DNA of 64,000 bases, from assembly GCA_017991395.1 (NCBI GenBank), contig JAGOQQ010000006.1:66-64065 (forward strand). Reading direction: 5' to 3'. Below are positions 1 to 9,722 of the stretch, piece by piece. Source of the stretch: Minisyncoccota bacterium (GTDB taxonomy: Bacteria > Patescibacteriota > Minisyncoccia > Phycocordibacterales > UBA9973). Position 1 is the stretch's first letter, and each line of letters opens with the position of its first letter. Below the pieces are notes generated by a model, which was not told the origin of the DNA, ran no database searches, and was given only the letters and a program-made list of their open reading frames with translations. Both the position numbers and the translations under genes were made by a program.

Positions 1-70
1 GAGCTATGCGCGCATATTATTTAAAACTAACAGAATAGACTTTACCATAGTATTTGAAAAAAATCCATAG

Positions 71-93
71 AAAAAACCCACTTTCGTGGGCCT
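71..93 (-). terminator. Rho-independent terminator (GC hairpin cccac/gtggg + T-run on minus strand) downstream of RRM gene
   Basis: Read on the minus strand as ggcccacgaaagtgggttttttt, immediately 3' of the minus-strand ORF ending ~106. Confidence 0.55.
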
Positions 94-105
94 TTTCTAA
101 TAGGA

Positions 106-366
106 CTATCGTCGTGGTTCTAGAGGTCGTGCAACGTTCACTGTAAGTGTTCGTCCACCGAAATCTTTACCATTGAATTGGTTGATAGCTTCATCAGCTT
201 TCGCTTCATCTGTCATTTCAACGAATCCAAAGCCTTTTGATCGGCCTGTCATCTTGTCCTTGATAATAGCTACTGAATCCACAGATCCAATAGTTTCGAA
301 GTGAGCTTTGAGGTCATCTTCTGTTGTTGTGTAAGGGAATCCCCCTACGTAGAGCTTTGTTGACAT
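106..366 (-). CDS. RNA-binding protein with RRM domain (glycine-free short RRM protein)
   Basis: Translation has RNP motifs (LYVGGFPY... KGFGFVEM). The likely start is the internal Met (MSTKLYVGG), so the first 22 codons of the ORF-track frame are probably not coding. Confidence 0.8.
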   Translation of the reverse strand: MSTKLYVGGFPYTTTEDDLKAHFETIGSVDSVAIIKDKMTGRSKGFGFVEMTDEAKADEAINQFNGKDFGGRTLTVNVARPLEPRR

Positions 367-500
367 ACTCGTGTGAATGCCGAAACGGCGTAACTTATAA
401 GTGTAATTCCACCGCACGGTATCCACATACACACGCGAGATACGAGAACGTTTGGTAACTACTCTAGCAGTATGGCACAGTTGTCAATAATACGCAAGAC

Positions 501-1472
501 TTACTCTTCGTCTACTTCATCACCCACTTCACCTGCCATTAGTTTCTCAATAATCTTGCCAATATTCCCGGCGAGAATTCCCGGCAAATTTGACCACGAT
601 TGGCGAATTCTGTGATCGGTGATTCGGTCTTGAGGAAAATTGTATGTGCGGATTTTCTCTGAACGGTCTGCGGTACCAATCTGCGCTTTTCTGTCGCCAG
701 AATATTTCTTTGCTTCCTCCTCTTCTTTGAGCTGTTCGAGTTTTGAAATCAAAATAGACAATGCTTTTTCACGATTTTTTAACTGTGTTCTTTCTGAAGT
801 TGATCGTACATCGATACCGGTTGGCTTGTGAATGAGTCTCACTGCTGTTTCAACCTTGTTGACGTTTTGTCCGCCTGCACCACCAGATCGAGAGTATTCC
901 ATTTCGAGATCAGCGGGATTGATTTGAAGTTTTGATTTCTTTCGAATCGGAAGTACCGCTACAGACGCGGTCGATGTGTGAATACGTCCATTCTTTTCGG
1001 TTGAGGGAACACGCTGAACACGATGTACACCTGTTTCAAAACGAAGCTCTTTGTACACATCCTTTCCTCGAATTTCAATTGCTGTTTCTTTGTATCCTCC
1101 AACTTCAGACAATGATTCGTGAATTATTGTATACACCCACCCTTTTTGATCAGAGTAAAGTTTGTACATTTCTGCGAGTTGCCATGCAAAGAGTGATGCT
1201 TCATCACCTCCAGCTCCTGCACGTACTTCGAGTACAACTTCATTTGGAAATTCTTCTTCCTCTTTTTCTGAATTCAAAATGTCAGTGATTTGTTTTTCAA
1301 TTGCGTCTTTTTGAACTCGAGTTGCTGAAAGTTCTTCTTCTGCGAGATCTTTCATTGCAGGATCAGCCTCAATCATACTTAGTGTCTCATTTTCTGATTC
1401 ACAAAGTCGCTCGTACATTTCTGCGAGATATGAAGTCTTGTGATTCTTTTTTAGTTCTTGAATATCAATCAT
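501..1472 (-). CDS. prfA: Peptide chain release factor 1
   Basis: GGQ motif ([11 protein letters not shown]) and a PST tripeptide (RVPSTE) of PxT type, diagnostic of RF1 rather than the SPF of RF2. It is adjacent to rpmE, as in Firmicutes-like gene orders. Confidence 0.85.
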   Translation of the reverse strand: MIDIQELKKNHKTSYLAEMYERLCESENETLSMIEADPAMKDLAEEELSATRVQKDAIEKQITDILNSEKEEEEFPNEVVLEVRAGAGGDEASLFAWQLAEMYKLYSDQKGWVYTIIHESLSEVGGYKETAIEIRGKDVYKELRFETGVHRVQRVPSTEKNGRIHTSTASVAVLPIRKKSKLQINPADLEMEYSRSGGAGGQNVNKVETAVRLIHKPTGIDVRSTSERTQLKNREKALSILISKLEQLKEEEEAKKYSGDRKAQIGTADRSEKIRTYNFPQDRITDHRIRQSWSNLPGILAGNIGKIIEKLMAGEVGDEVDEE

Positions 1473-1560
1473 TGAGTTCTATGTGAATAGTATACCAAAC
1501 AAAAATCACCCTGCACGTTCTGTTTTGATATCAAAACAGACATACAGAGTGACATGTGAG

Positions 1561-1782
1561 TTATTTCTTTGCTTTCTTTGTTGCAGATGATGAAAGTCGC
1601 TTGAATCGCTCTACTCGTCCTGCGTTGTCCAGAACTTTGTCATTTCCAGTATAAAATGGGTGACACATACTGCAGATTTCTACAGAAAGTGAGTCTTTTG
1701 TTGATCCCACAGCAAACTTTTGTCCACATGCGCATGTGGCGTCTGACTTAATATTGTATGTTGGGTGAATATCTTTTTTCAT
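1561..1782 (-). CDS. rpmE: 50S ribosomal protein L31
   Basis: MKKDIHPTY...C.C...C..FYTG signature and 73 aa length. Confidence 0.9.
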   Translation of the reverse strand: MKKDIHPTYNIKSDATCACGQKFAVGSTKDSLSVEICSMCHPFYTGNDKVLDNAGRVERFKRLSSSATKKAKK

Positions 1783-1884
1783 ATTTGTGAGGTTATAATA
1801 CTATATTTTCTCTCTGTATGCAAGCCTGGGATTTGAGCTCGCTTTCCCACTATTCCCTATAGGCTATCCCATATTCCCTAGCAT

Positions 1885-3264
1885 TTACAGCCCTTCAAGT
1901 GGATCAATTTGGTTTGTTTGGATTGAAGCTGCTTTGCCCATTACCGAGTTTCCGTACGTCATCGCTTGAGCAAGAGCAGTACACGGTTTACCTGAGTAGT
2001 ATCTACATGCGGCATTTCGTTCTGCTGAGTAAGTTTTTGCGTTTGCACCAAGGTCAGATAGATATGTAGCTGATGCCATAAATGCGTGTTCAGGATTCCA
2101 TGGATCCGGAGCGCTTGTCTCAAGAGACACTTTAAGTCGAGCATTGTACATCATCCACGTTGAAGGGATGAATTGTGCTGGTCCCATCGCTCCTCCCCAT
2201 CCAATAGATTGAGGACATGAGATGAGAGTCTTGTATGGATCACGTCCCACTGCTTTTGTAATTGAAAGAAATGGTGACACATCTCGGTCTGGCTTCATCA
2301 CTTTTAGAAGTGCTGCCCCCGATCGTACAGATGTTCCTGCTCCTGTCAGTGGATCCGACAAGTAACACGATCCGGTGTTTTGCCCGAGGTTAGATTCTTG
2401 AGTCAAAATAGCGAGCAAAAATGCTGGGCGCACTCCGGTTCGTCTTTCGGCCTCAATCGCATACTCAAGTGCTTTTCCAAACGGAATTGCGGCTGAGTCT
2501 CGCACAGAGAAAAGTGCTGCTCGAATCTGTGCTGCTTTTGCACGTCGTTCTTTGAGAATTTGTTCATATTCTTTCTCACGTCCTTTACTCACAGATACAA
2601 GCTTCTTTTTCTCAGCTTCACTCACCTCCACTTTCTTCTTTGCTGATTCAAGTTCTGCTTTTGCATCAAGTTCTTCATCTTGCTTCTTTTCAAGTCCTTT
2701 TTTCTCTTCAAGTGTTTCAGTTTTGACACTCTTTATCTGGTCGACAGAAGATTTCACTGATTGCTTGATAGATGCGAATGTATCAACATCACCATAAAAT
2801 TCTGAGATTTCTTCACTTGAAAGAATAAGATGGACCACGTTTGAATCGTCAATTTCATCTGTCTTACGGATAAGCTGAGCAAGTGACTCTTTTTGCCGAG
2901 TCATTTTTTCTTCCAATGTCTCAATCTTTTCATTTTTCTTTCCAATTTCAGAATTGATTTTTGTAATTGAAATAGTGCGGGCTTTTATTTTGAGCTTTGC
3001 CTGATCTATTTGATTTGTAAGAATACTTACATCTCTTTGAAGTGATCCAGTTTGCTTTTTTTGCTCCGCGAGAATTTTCTCTTTTTCAGCGATTTCTCTT
3101 TCGTACTGTGCGAGCTCTGCCTCAAGTCGTGAACGTCGTTGTTCCGGAGTTTCTTGTGCATGAAGCAACACACTTGGTGCAATAAGTGAGAACACAAAAA
3201 ACACTATAAAAAAATACTTAAGTCGGGTCATGATTGAAATGGCCATATATGTATATTGTATCAA
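1885..3264 (-). CDS. Secreted/membrane coiled-coil protein with C-terminal MltB-like lytic transglycosylase domain
   Basis: N-terminal hydrophobic segment, ~250 aa of E/K-rich heptad-like coiled coil, then LLAILTQESN...GWGGAMGPAQFIPSTW (MltB/SLT-type motifs). The true start may be an internal Met (MTRLKYFF...). Confidence 0.65.
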   Translation of the reverse strand: MIQYTYMAISIMTRLKYFFIVFFVFSLIAPSVLLHAQETPEQRRSRLEAELAQYEREIAEKEKILAEQKKQTGSLQRDVSILTNQIDQAKLKIKARTISITKINSEIGKKNEKIETLEEKMTRQKESLAQLIRKTDEIDDSNVVHLILSSEEISEFYGDVDTFASIKQSVKSSVDQIKSVKTETLEEKKGLEKKQDEELDAKAELESAKKKVEVSEAEKKKLVSVSKGREKEYEQILKERRAKAAQIRAALFSVRDSAAIPFGKALEYAIEAERRTGVRPAFLLAILTQESNLGQNTGSCYLSDPLTGAGTSVRSGAALLKVMKPDRDVSPFLSITKAVGRDPYKTLISCPQSIGWGGAMGPAQFIPSTWMMYNARLKVSLETSAPDPWNPEHAFMASATYLSDLGANAKTYSAERNAACRYYSGKPCTALAQAMTYGNSVMGKAASIQTNQIDPLEGL

Positions 3265-3333
3265 ATATAACGCAAATACAAAGTGTCTGTGACAATATTT
3301 TAGATTGAGATAAAAGAAAAACAGAGTAGATTT

Positions 3334-3975
3334 CTACTCTGTTGTTTCTGCTGTTTCTTCTTCTTGTTTTCCTTTCTTTTCAACTTCGATTGCTGAGAGA
3401 TCTGCAACTGGTGCTTCTTCTTCTTTTTCTTCTTTGATACCAGTGACTGATGCAACCACTTCATCCGCTTCACTTACGAGTGCAACTCCCTTTGGAAGTT
3501 TGATGTCTTTGAGTGTGATTTGATCATCAACATTTTCAAGTGGTGACAAATCTACTTCGAGTGTATGAGGAAGATCTTTTGGAAGCGCTTTTACTTGTAC
3601 TTCATGAAGTGCTTTTACCAATACGCCACGTCCACCTTTCTCAGCTGGTGATTCACCTGTAAACTCAATAGTTACAGAAACTTCAATTTCTTTGTTCATA
3701 TCCACCACAATAAAGTCTGCGTGCATAGGAGTCCCTGTAATCGGGTTTTTGTGGATATCATGAATCAATACATCAAAGTTTCCATCTGGAGTCTTGAGTG
3801 TGATTGTTGAAGATTCTCCTGCTTCTTTGAGCACTTTGATAAAGTCTTTTGTCGATACTGAAATAGATGTCGTTGGTTTGTTGTTACCATAAAAAACCGC
3901 CGGAATCTTCCCTGTCTGACGAATATTATCGAGAGAATCTTTTTTCTCTCTTTTTTCTGCAATAAGTGTAAACAT
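3334..3975 (-). CDS. rplY: 50S ribosomal protein L25 / general stress protein Ctc (long form)
   Basis: L25 N-domain (GKIPAVFYG...) plus Ctc-type C-terminal extension with an acidic tail. Start set at the internal Met (MFTLIAEK); the ORF track extends to 4062. Confidence 0.8.
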   Translation of the reverse strand: MFTLIAEKREKKDSLDNIRQTGKIPAVFYGNNKPTTSISVSTKDFIKVLKEAGESSTITLKTPDGNFDVLIHDIHKNPITGTPMHADFIVVDMNKEIEVSVTIEFTGESPAEKGGRGVLVKALHEVQVKALPKDLPHTLEVDLSPLENVDDQITLKDIKLPKGVALVSEADEVVASVTGIKEEKEEEAPVADLSAIEVEKKGKQEEETAETTE

Positions 3976-4116
3976 AGAGACTATAATAATATATTTTGAT
4001 TCATAAGTAAAGGGACAGGAATTCTCCATCAAAAAAACACGTATACCCCCCTTTATTGCCAATTCTTATACCCTAACAACAAAATAAGCATTTCTTTCCA
4101 ATCCTCCTCATTTGGA

Positions 4117-4140
4117 GCTTTGCATAAGTGTTCCCTTAAC
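4117..4140 (+). repeat. Conserved 24-mer GCTTTGCATAAGTGTTCCCTTAAC (copy 1 of 3 near-identical, plus one degenerate copy)
   Basis: Near-identical copies at 40929-40952 and 56949-56970, and a degenerate copy at 43851-43868. All lie on the plus strand in intergenic DNA. Confidence 0.7.
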
Positions 4141-4276
4141 ACGGATATTTGCCTGCTGGCAAATTCCTATACTCAGACCGTCGTCTTCCGTAATGTTCCA
4201 AATAAAGGAGGATTCTGGTTTTGGAAACCAGATGAATTATACAAACCCATTCCTTCGGCGATTGTTCCAAGAATTT

Positions 4277-4315
4277 TCCGCGTCTTGTCCGCGTTAAGTC
4301 CGCATCTGTCCGCGT
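4277..4315. repeat. 11-bp-periodic TCCGCGT box array in the 3' UTR of the FAD-oxidase gene
   Basis: tccgcgtcttg tccgcgttaag tccgcatctg tccgcgtctaa; the same type of array recurs at four other gene 3' ends. Confidence 0.65.
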
Positions 4316-6061
4316 CTAACTCGAGTGAACCTGACTTGGATGATCCGGCTTTATAAGATACTTCTTGATATCCTCCTTGGTTCCTCCAACTTTCTTTTTT
4401 GGATTGAAGATATTTTTTGGATCAAACACTTGTTTTGTAGATTTGAACAAGTCTACGATGTGTTCACCAAACATCTGTGTCAGAAATGGTGTTCGAATAA
4501 TTCCGTCATTGTGCTCGGCGTCTATTGAACCTTCGTATTTGATAACAAGCTCGTACACTTTTTCAGATAGTGTGAGAATTGTCTCAGTTGTTTTCGGATT
4601 ATTGAAATCCATCAATGGAATGACATGAAAATTTCCATTTCCCGCATGTCCTGCGATCGTATACACAAGCTCTGGGTATTGCTCAAATAGTGTGTATAGT
4701 TTTGGTAAAAACTCTGGAAGAAATTCTGGGCGAACAATAATATCATCAATAAATGGTGCAGTGCGCTTCCCTTTCACGTGTTTGCGAAGAAGTGCAAAGC
4801 TATCACGTCGCATATCCCAATACTTTTTTGCCTCAGTTTCGTCTTCAGTCACACGCACTGTGTGTCCAAATTTGCTTACAAGTGGCACAAGCTCTCTTCC
4901 TCTTTTTTTCGCATTCGCTTCATTGTCTGCCCAGTATTCCACGAGAAGTATTAGTTTTGGTACACCGCCCGTAATCATCATGAAAAATTCTGGAATAAAC
5001 TGAGTTCCAAATTTAAGTGTTCCAAAAAATCCTTTTGCTTTTACAAAATCCTTGAAAAATTTCATCGCAAGCTTAAATGTCTTGTCGTCATATGACTCCA
5101 TACTTTCTGGATGAGTTTTTGAAATCTCATGTACAAGCTCGCCAAGATTGTCGAGTGATTTCATCATAATCACCACGAGTGATGATGCCTTGCGTGGTTC
5201 CACGAGTGCAATTTTCATTTCAGTCACAAGTCCGAGTGTACCCTGCGCGCCGATTATTAGTTGAGACATATCAAACACATCTTCATTTTCTTTGTCTTTT
5301 GAAATTGTGTTCCAAAGATTGTATCCTGATGAATTTTTTGAAACTCTTGGTTTTGCGGCGCGAATCAATTGTTCATTGTCTTTGATGAGATTGTAGATAG
5401 TCTTATAGAGTTCACCTTCAAAATCTATTTGAGCAATTTTTGAATACAATTCTCGTCGTGTGAGTGGCCGTACAATATATTCGTGTCCATCTTTCAATAT
5501 TACTTTAAGCTCTCTCACATAGTCCTCCATTTTTCCGTATCGAAGTGTGAGTTCTCCACCAGAATTGTTTCCCACCATTCCACCAAGTGCATTGATTGAT
5601 TTTGAGGCGGTATAGCAAGGCAAAAGTAACCCTGCTTCCTGGGCTTGTTTTTCAAAATCCCGATACATCACACCAGGCTGAACTATCGCCTCGCCTGTAC
5701 ACACCACCTCTTTTGCACCATAAAAATGCGGGAGAATTGTGAATGGTAAAGATTTCCGAATAGACACAATCTGATTCATAAACTTTGTCGTATCAACAAT
5801 AATTGAGTCGTTGATTGATCCACCAGACATACACGTACCCGCAGCCCGCATAGTGATTGAAAGCTCGGGATCTTCTTTTTTGTGATCATTTACCCATTTG
5901 ACTAGATTTGAAATATCTTCTGCATCTCTCGGAAAAACCACAACCTGTGGTCGAATTTCAAAAACACTTGCGTCGTGCGAGTACGCATCTTTTGTTGCCT
6001 CGGATACATCTACTTCACCTTTTATAAACGCAAGATCTTTTTTGAAATCAATCATGTGCAA
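4316..6061 (-). CDS. FAD-binding oxidoreductase (FAD-linked oxidase / GlcD-D-lactate dehydrogenase superfamily)
   Basis: N-terminal FAD-binding PCMH-type domain (FPRDAEDISNLVKW... RAAGTCMSGGS) and a long C-terminal oxidase domain; 581 aa. Confidence 0.7.
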   Translation of the reverse strand: MHMIDFKKDLAFIKGEVDVSEATKDAYSHDASVFEIRPQVVVFPRDAEDISNLVKWVNDHKKEDPELSITMRAAGTCMSGGSINDSIIVDTTKFMNQIVSIRKSLPFTILPHFYGAKEVVCTGEAIVQPGVMYRDFEKQAQEAGLLLPCYTASKSINALGGMVGNNSGGELTLRYGKMEDYVRELKVILKDGHEYIVRPLTRRELYSKIAQIDFEGELYKTIYNLIKDNEQLIRAAKPRVSKNSSGYNLWNTISKDKENEDVFDMSQLIIGAQGTLGLVTEMKIALVEPRKASSLVVIMMKSLDNLGELVHEISKTHPESMESYDDKTFKLAMKFFKDFVKAKGFFGTLKFGTQFIPEFFMMITGGVPKLILLVEYWADNEANAKKRGRELVPLVSKFGHTVRVTEDETEAKKYWDMRRDSFALLRKHVKGKRTAPFIDDIIVRPEFLPEFLPKLYTLFEQYPELVYTIAGHAGNGNFHVIPLMDFNNPKTTETILTLSEKVYELVIKYEGSIDAEHNDGIIRTPFLTQMFGEHIVDLFKSTKQVFDPKNIFNPKKKVGGTKEDIKKYLIKPDHPSQVHSS

Positions 6062-6076
6062 GTGGTTAAATTAATA

Positions 6077-6946
6077 TTATATATTTGCAAAAAGCTTCAT
6101 TCGCTCTTCGACTACTTTTTGTACTGCAAGCATTCCTGGTTTCAAGAATTTGTATGGTGCTACTTCATCAGGATTTTCGATAAGTGATTGCTTGATTCCA
6201 TCGCGGTATGCAACACGAATCTCAGTATTGATATGCACGATATCCACGCCATTTTTTATACACTCCAAAAAATCTTCGTTCATTGTTCCTGAGCCACCAT
6301 GAAGCACAAGTGGTACTCCACACGCATCACGAATAGCTTTGACTCTCTCTGGGTGAAGTCGCGGATTGCCGCCTTTGACCATTCCGTGAATATTTCCCAC
6401 AGACGGTGCGAGCATGTCTACACCTGTCGCTTCAACAAAAGCTTTTGCATCCTCGGGAGTTGTCATTGATTCATCACTTACACCTTCTGGAATTTCATCA
6501 AGAATTTTTGATGATTGTCCAATAAATCCAAGTTCTGCTTCAACAAGAATATCTCGTCCTGTCGCCTTTGTGACTTCTCGAGCATAGTCAACACATTTTT
6601 TGGTGAGTGCAATATTTTCATCAAGTGGAAGTTTTACTGCATCAATAATCACTGCATCAAATCCAGCGTCTATAGCTTTTTTGACGCGTTCAAAACTATA
6701 GTGATGATCTGCGTTTATAAAAATTGGAAAATTATATGTCTCTCTCATACTTCGCACAAGTGCGACAGCCTGTTCTGTGCCCACAAAGTCTTCTTCGCCT
6801 TCTGATACACCAATAATCACTGGTAGGTCCAGATTTCGCGCTGCATTAAAAATACCCCACAGCACATCGAGACTAGAAATGTTGAAGTGTCCGATCGCCT
6901 TACCGTCTTTATCAAAATCTGAAATATATTCTCGCAATGTTTTCAT
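6077..6946 (-). CDS. fba: Fructose-bisphosphate aldolase, class II
   Basis: HFNISSLD..., VIIGVSEGE, VLHGGSG motifs of class II ketose-bisphosphate aldolases; 289 aa. Confidence 0.85.
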   Translation of the reverse strand: MKTLREYISDFDKDGKAIGHFNISSLDVLWGIFNAARNLDLPVIIGVSEGEEDFVGTEQAVALVRSMRETYNFPIFINADHHYSFERVKKAIDAGFDAVIIDAVKLPLDENIALTKKCVDYAREVTKATGRDILVEAELGFIGQSSKILDEIPEGVSDESMTTPEDAKAFVEATGVDMLAPSVGNIHGMVKGGNPRLHPERVKAIRDACGVPLVLHGGSGTMNEDFLECIKNGVDIVHINTEIRVAYRDGIKQSLIENPDEVAPYKFLKPGMLAVQKVVEERMKLFANI

Positions 6947-7082
6947 CCCGTTAGAAATAGGAAATCAAGATTTCCGTTTAAGTAACTAATAATTTATAGC
7001 ACGCTTTCCATTACACAATTTCTACCAAATAATCCCTCCTCTATTTCACACGGGATTCATATAGTTTTAGTATATCAAACTA

Positions 7083-7091
7083 TGTTACAAT
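7083..7091 (+). promoter_or_regulatory. Candidate extended -10 element (TGnTACAAT) for the PfkB kinase gene in the divergent fba/pfkB intergenic region
   Basis: tgttacaat sits ~70 nt upstream of the ATG at 7161; there is no convincing -35. Confidence 0.3.
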
Positions 7092-7160
7092 CAATGTGAA
7101 AAACATGTGGGTTTTTCGTCTCGATACTTTTCGAGCAATTAGTCAAGCTAACTATATATC

Positions 7161-8177
7161 ATGAGTCTATTCAATTTATTTTCTTCGAACAAAAAGTATG
7201 ACGTAGTTGCTATCGGTGATATTGTCACAGATGCATTTATCAAACTCAAAGATGCAAATGTCCACTGCAAAATCAATCAGGAGGATTGTGAGCTTTGCGT
7301 ACGATTTGGTGACAAGGTACCATTTGAATCTGTCGAAATTGTCAAAGCTGTGGGAAACTGCGCAAACGCCGCAGTGAGTGCATCACGACTTGGACTTTCT
7401 TCTGCCCTCATGTCCACTGTCGGAAATGATCAAAATGGTACAGAGTGTCTCGAAGAGCTCACAAAAAACGGTGTTGCAATAGACTACATGTCTACCAACA
7501 ATGATTACCCAACAAACTACCACTATGTACTTTGGTATGACGTCGAACGAACAATTCTCGTAAATCACGCGCCATTTCCCTATTCACTTCCAAAAAACTT
7601 TGTCGCACCAAAATGGATATATCTCACTTCAATGGGAGAAAACTCAAAGGACTTTCACAAAGTGATTGCCGATTTCGTCAAAGCTCATCCCGAAACAAAA
7701 CTCGCATTTCAGCCTGGAACATTTCAAATGAAGCTTGGCGTAGATGCATTAAAACCAATATACGAATGCGCAGAAATATTTTTCTGCAATATTGAAGAAG
7801 CGAAGCGAATTCTCAAAGTTGAAACACGTGAACCACTCGAGCTCATGAAAGCACTCATGGCACTCGGACCAAAAAACATTGTCCTTACTGATGGAATCAA
7901 CGGCGCATACGCATACGACGGAACTCACGCATGGTTTATGCCAATTTATCCTCACACACCATTTGAGCGTACAGGTGCGGGAGATGCATATGCTTCTACT
8001 ATTGTGTCTGTGCTTGCACTTGGAAAATCACTTGATGAAGCTCTTCGCTGGGCACCAATCAACTCTATGTCTGTTGTGCAACAAGTCGGTGCACAAAAAG
8101 GACTTCTATCTCGTCAAAAACTTGAAGAGTATCTATCGAAAGCACCAGAGGATTATAAGATTAAGCAGATTGCATAA
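7161..8177 (+). CDS. Carbohydrate kinase, PfkB/ribokinase family
   Basis: PfkB signature GAGDAYASTIV near the C-terminus and a ribokinase-like fold pattern. It is divergently adjacent to fba, so a sugar-phosphate kinase role is plausible. Confidence 0.8.
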   Translation: MSLFNLFSSNKKYDVVAIGDIVTDAFIKLKDANVHCKINQEDCELCVRFGDKVPFESVEIVKAVGNCANAAVSASRLGLSSALMSTVGNDQNGTECLEELTKNGVAIDYMSTNNDYPTNYHYVLWYDVERTILVNHAPFPYSLPKNFVAPKWIYLTSMGENSKDFHKVIADFVKAHPETKLAFQPGTFQMKLGVDALKPIYECAEIFFCNIEEAKRILKVETREPLELMKALMALGPKNIVLTDGINGAYAYDGTHAWFMPIYPHTPFERTGAGDAYASTIVSVLALGKSLDEALRWAPINSMSVVQQVGAQKGLLSRQKLEEYLSKAPEDYKIKQIA

Positions 8178-8184
8178 TATATTT

Positions 8185-8655
8185 ATGAAAGAATCTTTTG
8201 AACATGACCCGAATAGAAATTTCGACTGGAAAGAAAACACACCTCTTGACGAAAAAGACAGGATCGTAAATCACATTGAGGGTGATGGATTTTACTCAAT
8301 CAAAGCTGATGAAAGTGTGGAAGATGCAAACACTGCAGACAAAGCACTTCGAAAGAGCAGGATGTCTCTAAATGAAGAAGAGACCAACGCAGTCAAGCAG
8401 CAACTTGAAGCACACAAGATGCATTTCAAAGATGAATACGATGAATTCGTGAAAAATGACGAAGAATTGACCGAGATTAAAAAGGAGTTACATCGAATGA
8501 ATTTAAATATTGAAAGTTTTGATAAAGATATAATATTTAATAACCCTGTTGCCAGAGATCAATTTGAAGAAATGGCACAGACATACAGACATCTCGCTCA
8601 AAGAAACATTGAAATAAAAGATAAAATTAAAACACTCATCAATACTCTAAATTAA
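8185..8655 (+). CDS. Hypothetical coiled-coil protein
   Basis: ATG at 8185 directly after the kinase stop. The ORF-track frame 7879-8655 overlaps the kinase; only the part from MKESFEHD is likely real. No recognisable domain. Confidence 0.45.
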   Translation: MKESFEHDPNRNFDWKENTPLDEKDRIVNHIEGDGFYSIKADESVEDANTADKALRKSRMSLNEEETNAVKQQLEAHKMHFKDEYDEFVKNDEELTEIKKELHRMNLNIESFDKDIIFNNPVARDQFEEMAQTYRHLAQRNIEIKDKIKTLINTLN

Positions 8656-8686
8656 ATAATACCGGACACACGTGTCCGGTATTATT
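8655..8686. terminator. Bidirectional terminator: perfect palindrome AATAATACCGGACACACGTGTCCGGTATTATT between convergent genes
   Basis: Perfect 32-nt palindrome flanked by A/T runs on both sides, between the ends of the 8185-8655 (+) and 8685-9722 (-) genes. Confidence 0.7.
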
Positions 8687-9722
8687 ATATTTTTGAATTC
8701 CCTTTTCTTCCTAACACTTTTTTTACCGCCTCTTTAATATCCTTTTCACCCATTCCATAGTGCTCAATGAGCTCAGCTGGTGTGCCTGATTGGCCAAACG
8801 TATCCTTTACCCCCACAAATTCAATCGGCACAGGATACACACTTGCGAGACATTCTGCCACAGCACTTCCGAGTCCACCTGCGACCTGATGTTCTTCCAC
8901 CACCACTATTGCTTTTGCTTCTCGAGCTAGTTTTTCTACTGCATCAACATCAAGAGGTTTGATTGTGTGAACATTGAGAATTTTTACTTTTATATGATTT
9001 GCAGGTTCTTTTGCAGCAATTAGCTGATATGCCACCATGAGTGCTTTGTGCACCAATGCACCAGTGGCGATAATTCCAACTTGTGCAATTCCTGCTTCTG
9101 GTTGCCACACAAGATTTGCTTTTCCGATTTCAAATGGTGTTTCTTCTGTTGTGATGATGGGAGTTTTTTCTCGTGCGAGACGAAGGTATGCGGGCTTTGC
9201 GATCTTTGCGAGCGCTAGTGTGGCTTTTTTGGCTTCAATAGCATCACACGGAGAAATCACTATCATATTTGGAAGTACACGCATAAGTGCAATGTCCTCG
9301 ACCGCTTGATGTGTTCCGCCGTCTGGTCCCACAGAAATTCCTGCATGACTTCCCACAACAATCACACCTCTATCGTTGTAGCAAATAGTGGTGCGAATTT
9401 GTTCCCAGTTTCGTCCAGGTGAAAACATTGCGTACGACGAACAAAATGGAATTTTTCCCATCGCAGACATTCCACTTGCGACAGTCACGAGATTTTGTTC
9501 AGCCACTCCAATCTCCACAAATCTTTCAGGAAATCGCTCCTTGAATAAGTGCATTTGGGTAGATTCGGTGAGATCAGCACACAGTGCCACCACATTCTTA
9601 TCTTGCTCACCTGCCACAACCAACCCTTGTCCGAAACCTTTTCGGATAGGTACTTGTTCAACATCCTTGCTGAAAACTTGAGTATTAAGTTTTTGGTCTG
9701 GATTGAGCATGAAATAATTCAC
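8685..9722 (-). CDS. tkt: Transketolase, C-terminal (pyrimidine-binding/C-terminal domain) subunit
   Basis: Homology pattern of the transketolase Pyr and C-terminal domains; it pairs with the separate N-terminal subunit at 9920-10813. Confidence 0.9.
   Translation of the reverse strand: MNYFMLNPDQKLNTQVFSKDVEQVPIRKGFGQGLVVAGEQDKNVVALCADLTESTQMHLFKERFPERFVEIGVAEQNLVTVASGMSAMGKIPFCSSYAMFSPGRNWEQIRTTICYNDRGVIVVGSHAGISVGPDGGTHQAVEDIALMRVLPNMIVISPCDAIEAKKATLALAKIAKPAYLRLAREKTPIITTEETPFEIGKANLVWQPEAGIAQVGIIATGALVHKALMVAYQLIAAKEPANHIKVKILNVHTIKPLDVDAVEKLAREAKAIVVVEEHQVAGGLGSAVAECLASVYPVPIEFVGVKDTFGQSGTPAELIEHYGMGEKDIKEAVKKVLGRKGNSKI

Noticed and set aside
106-432. Full-length 108-aa frame of the RRM protein, including the 22 N-terminal codons
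   Set aside because: RRM homology begins at the internal Met. The upstream extension is non-homologous and probably just the open frame.
501-1472. Release factor 2 (prfB) assignment, with or without a programmed frameshift
   Set aside because: The tripeptide is PST (PxT type), not SPF. There is no internal in-frame stop with a frameshift signature. RF1 is therefore the better call.
640-1486. Plus-strand ORFs 640-831, 932-1288 and 1301-1486 inside the prfA region
   Set aside because: They lie antisense to and fully within a confidently identified RF1 gene. Their translations are low-complexity and have no homology, so they are spurious.
4063-4315. Small plus-strand ORFs 4112-4297 and 4120-4356 in the rplY/FAD-oxidase intergenic region
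   Set aside because: They are built from the conserved 24-mer and the TCCGCGT repeat array. Coding is implausible.
7879-8184. N-terminal 100 codons of ORF 7879-8655 overlapping the PfkB kinase gene
   Set aside because: This part overlaps a strongly supported CDS in another frame. A clean ATG at 8185 right after the kinase stop gives a sensible non-overlapping gene.
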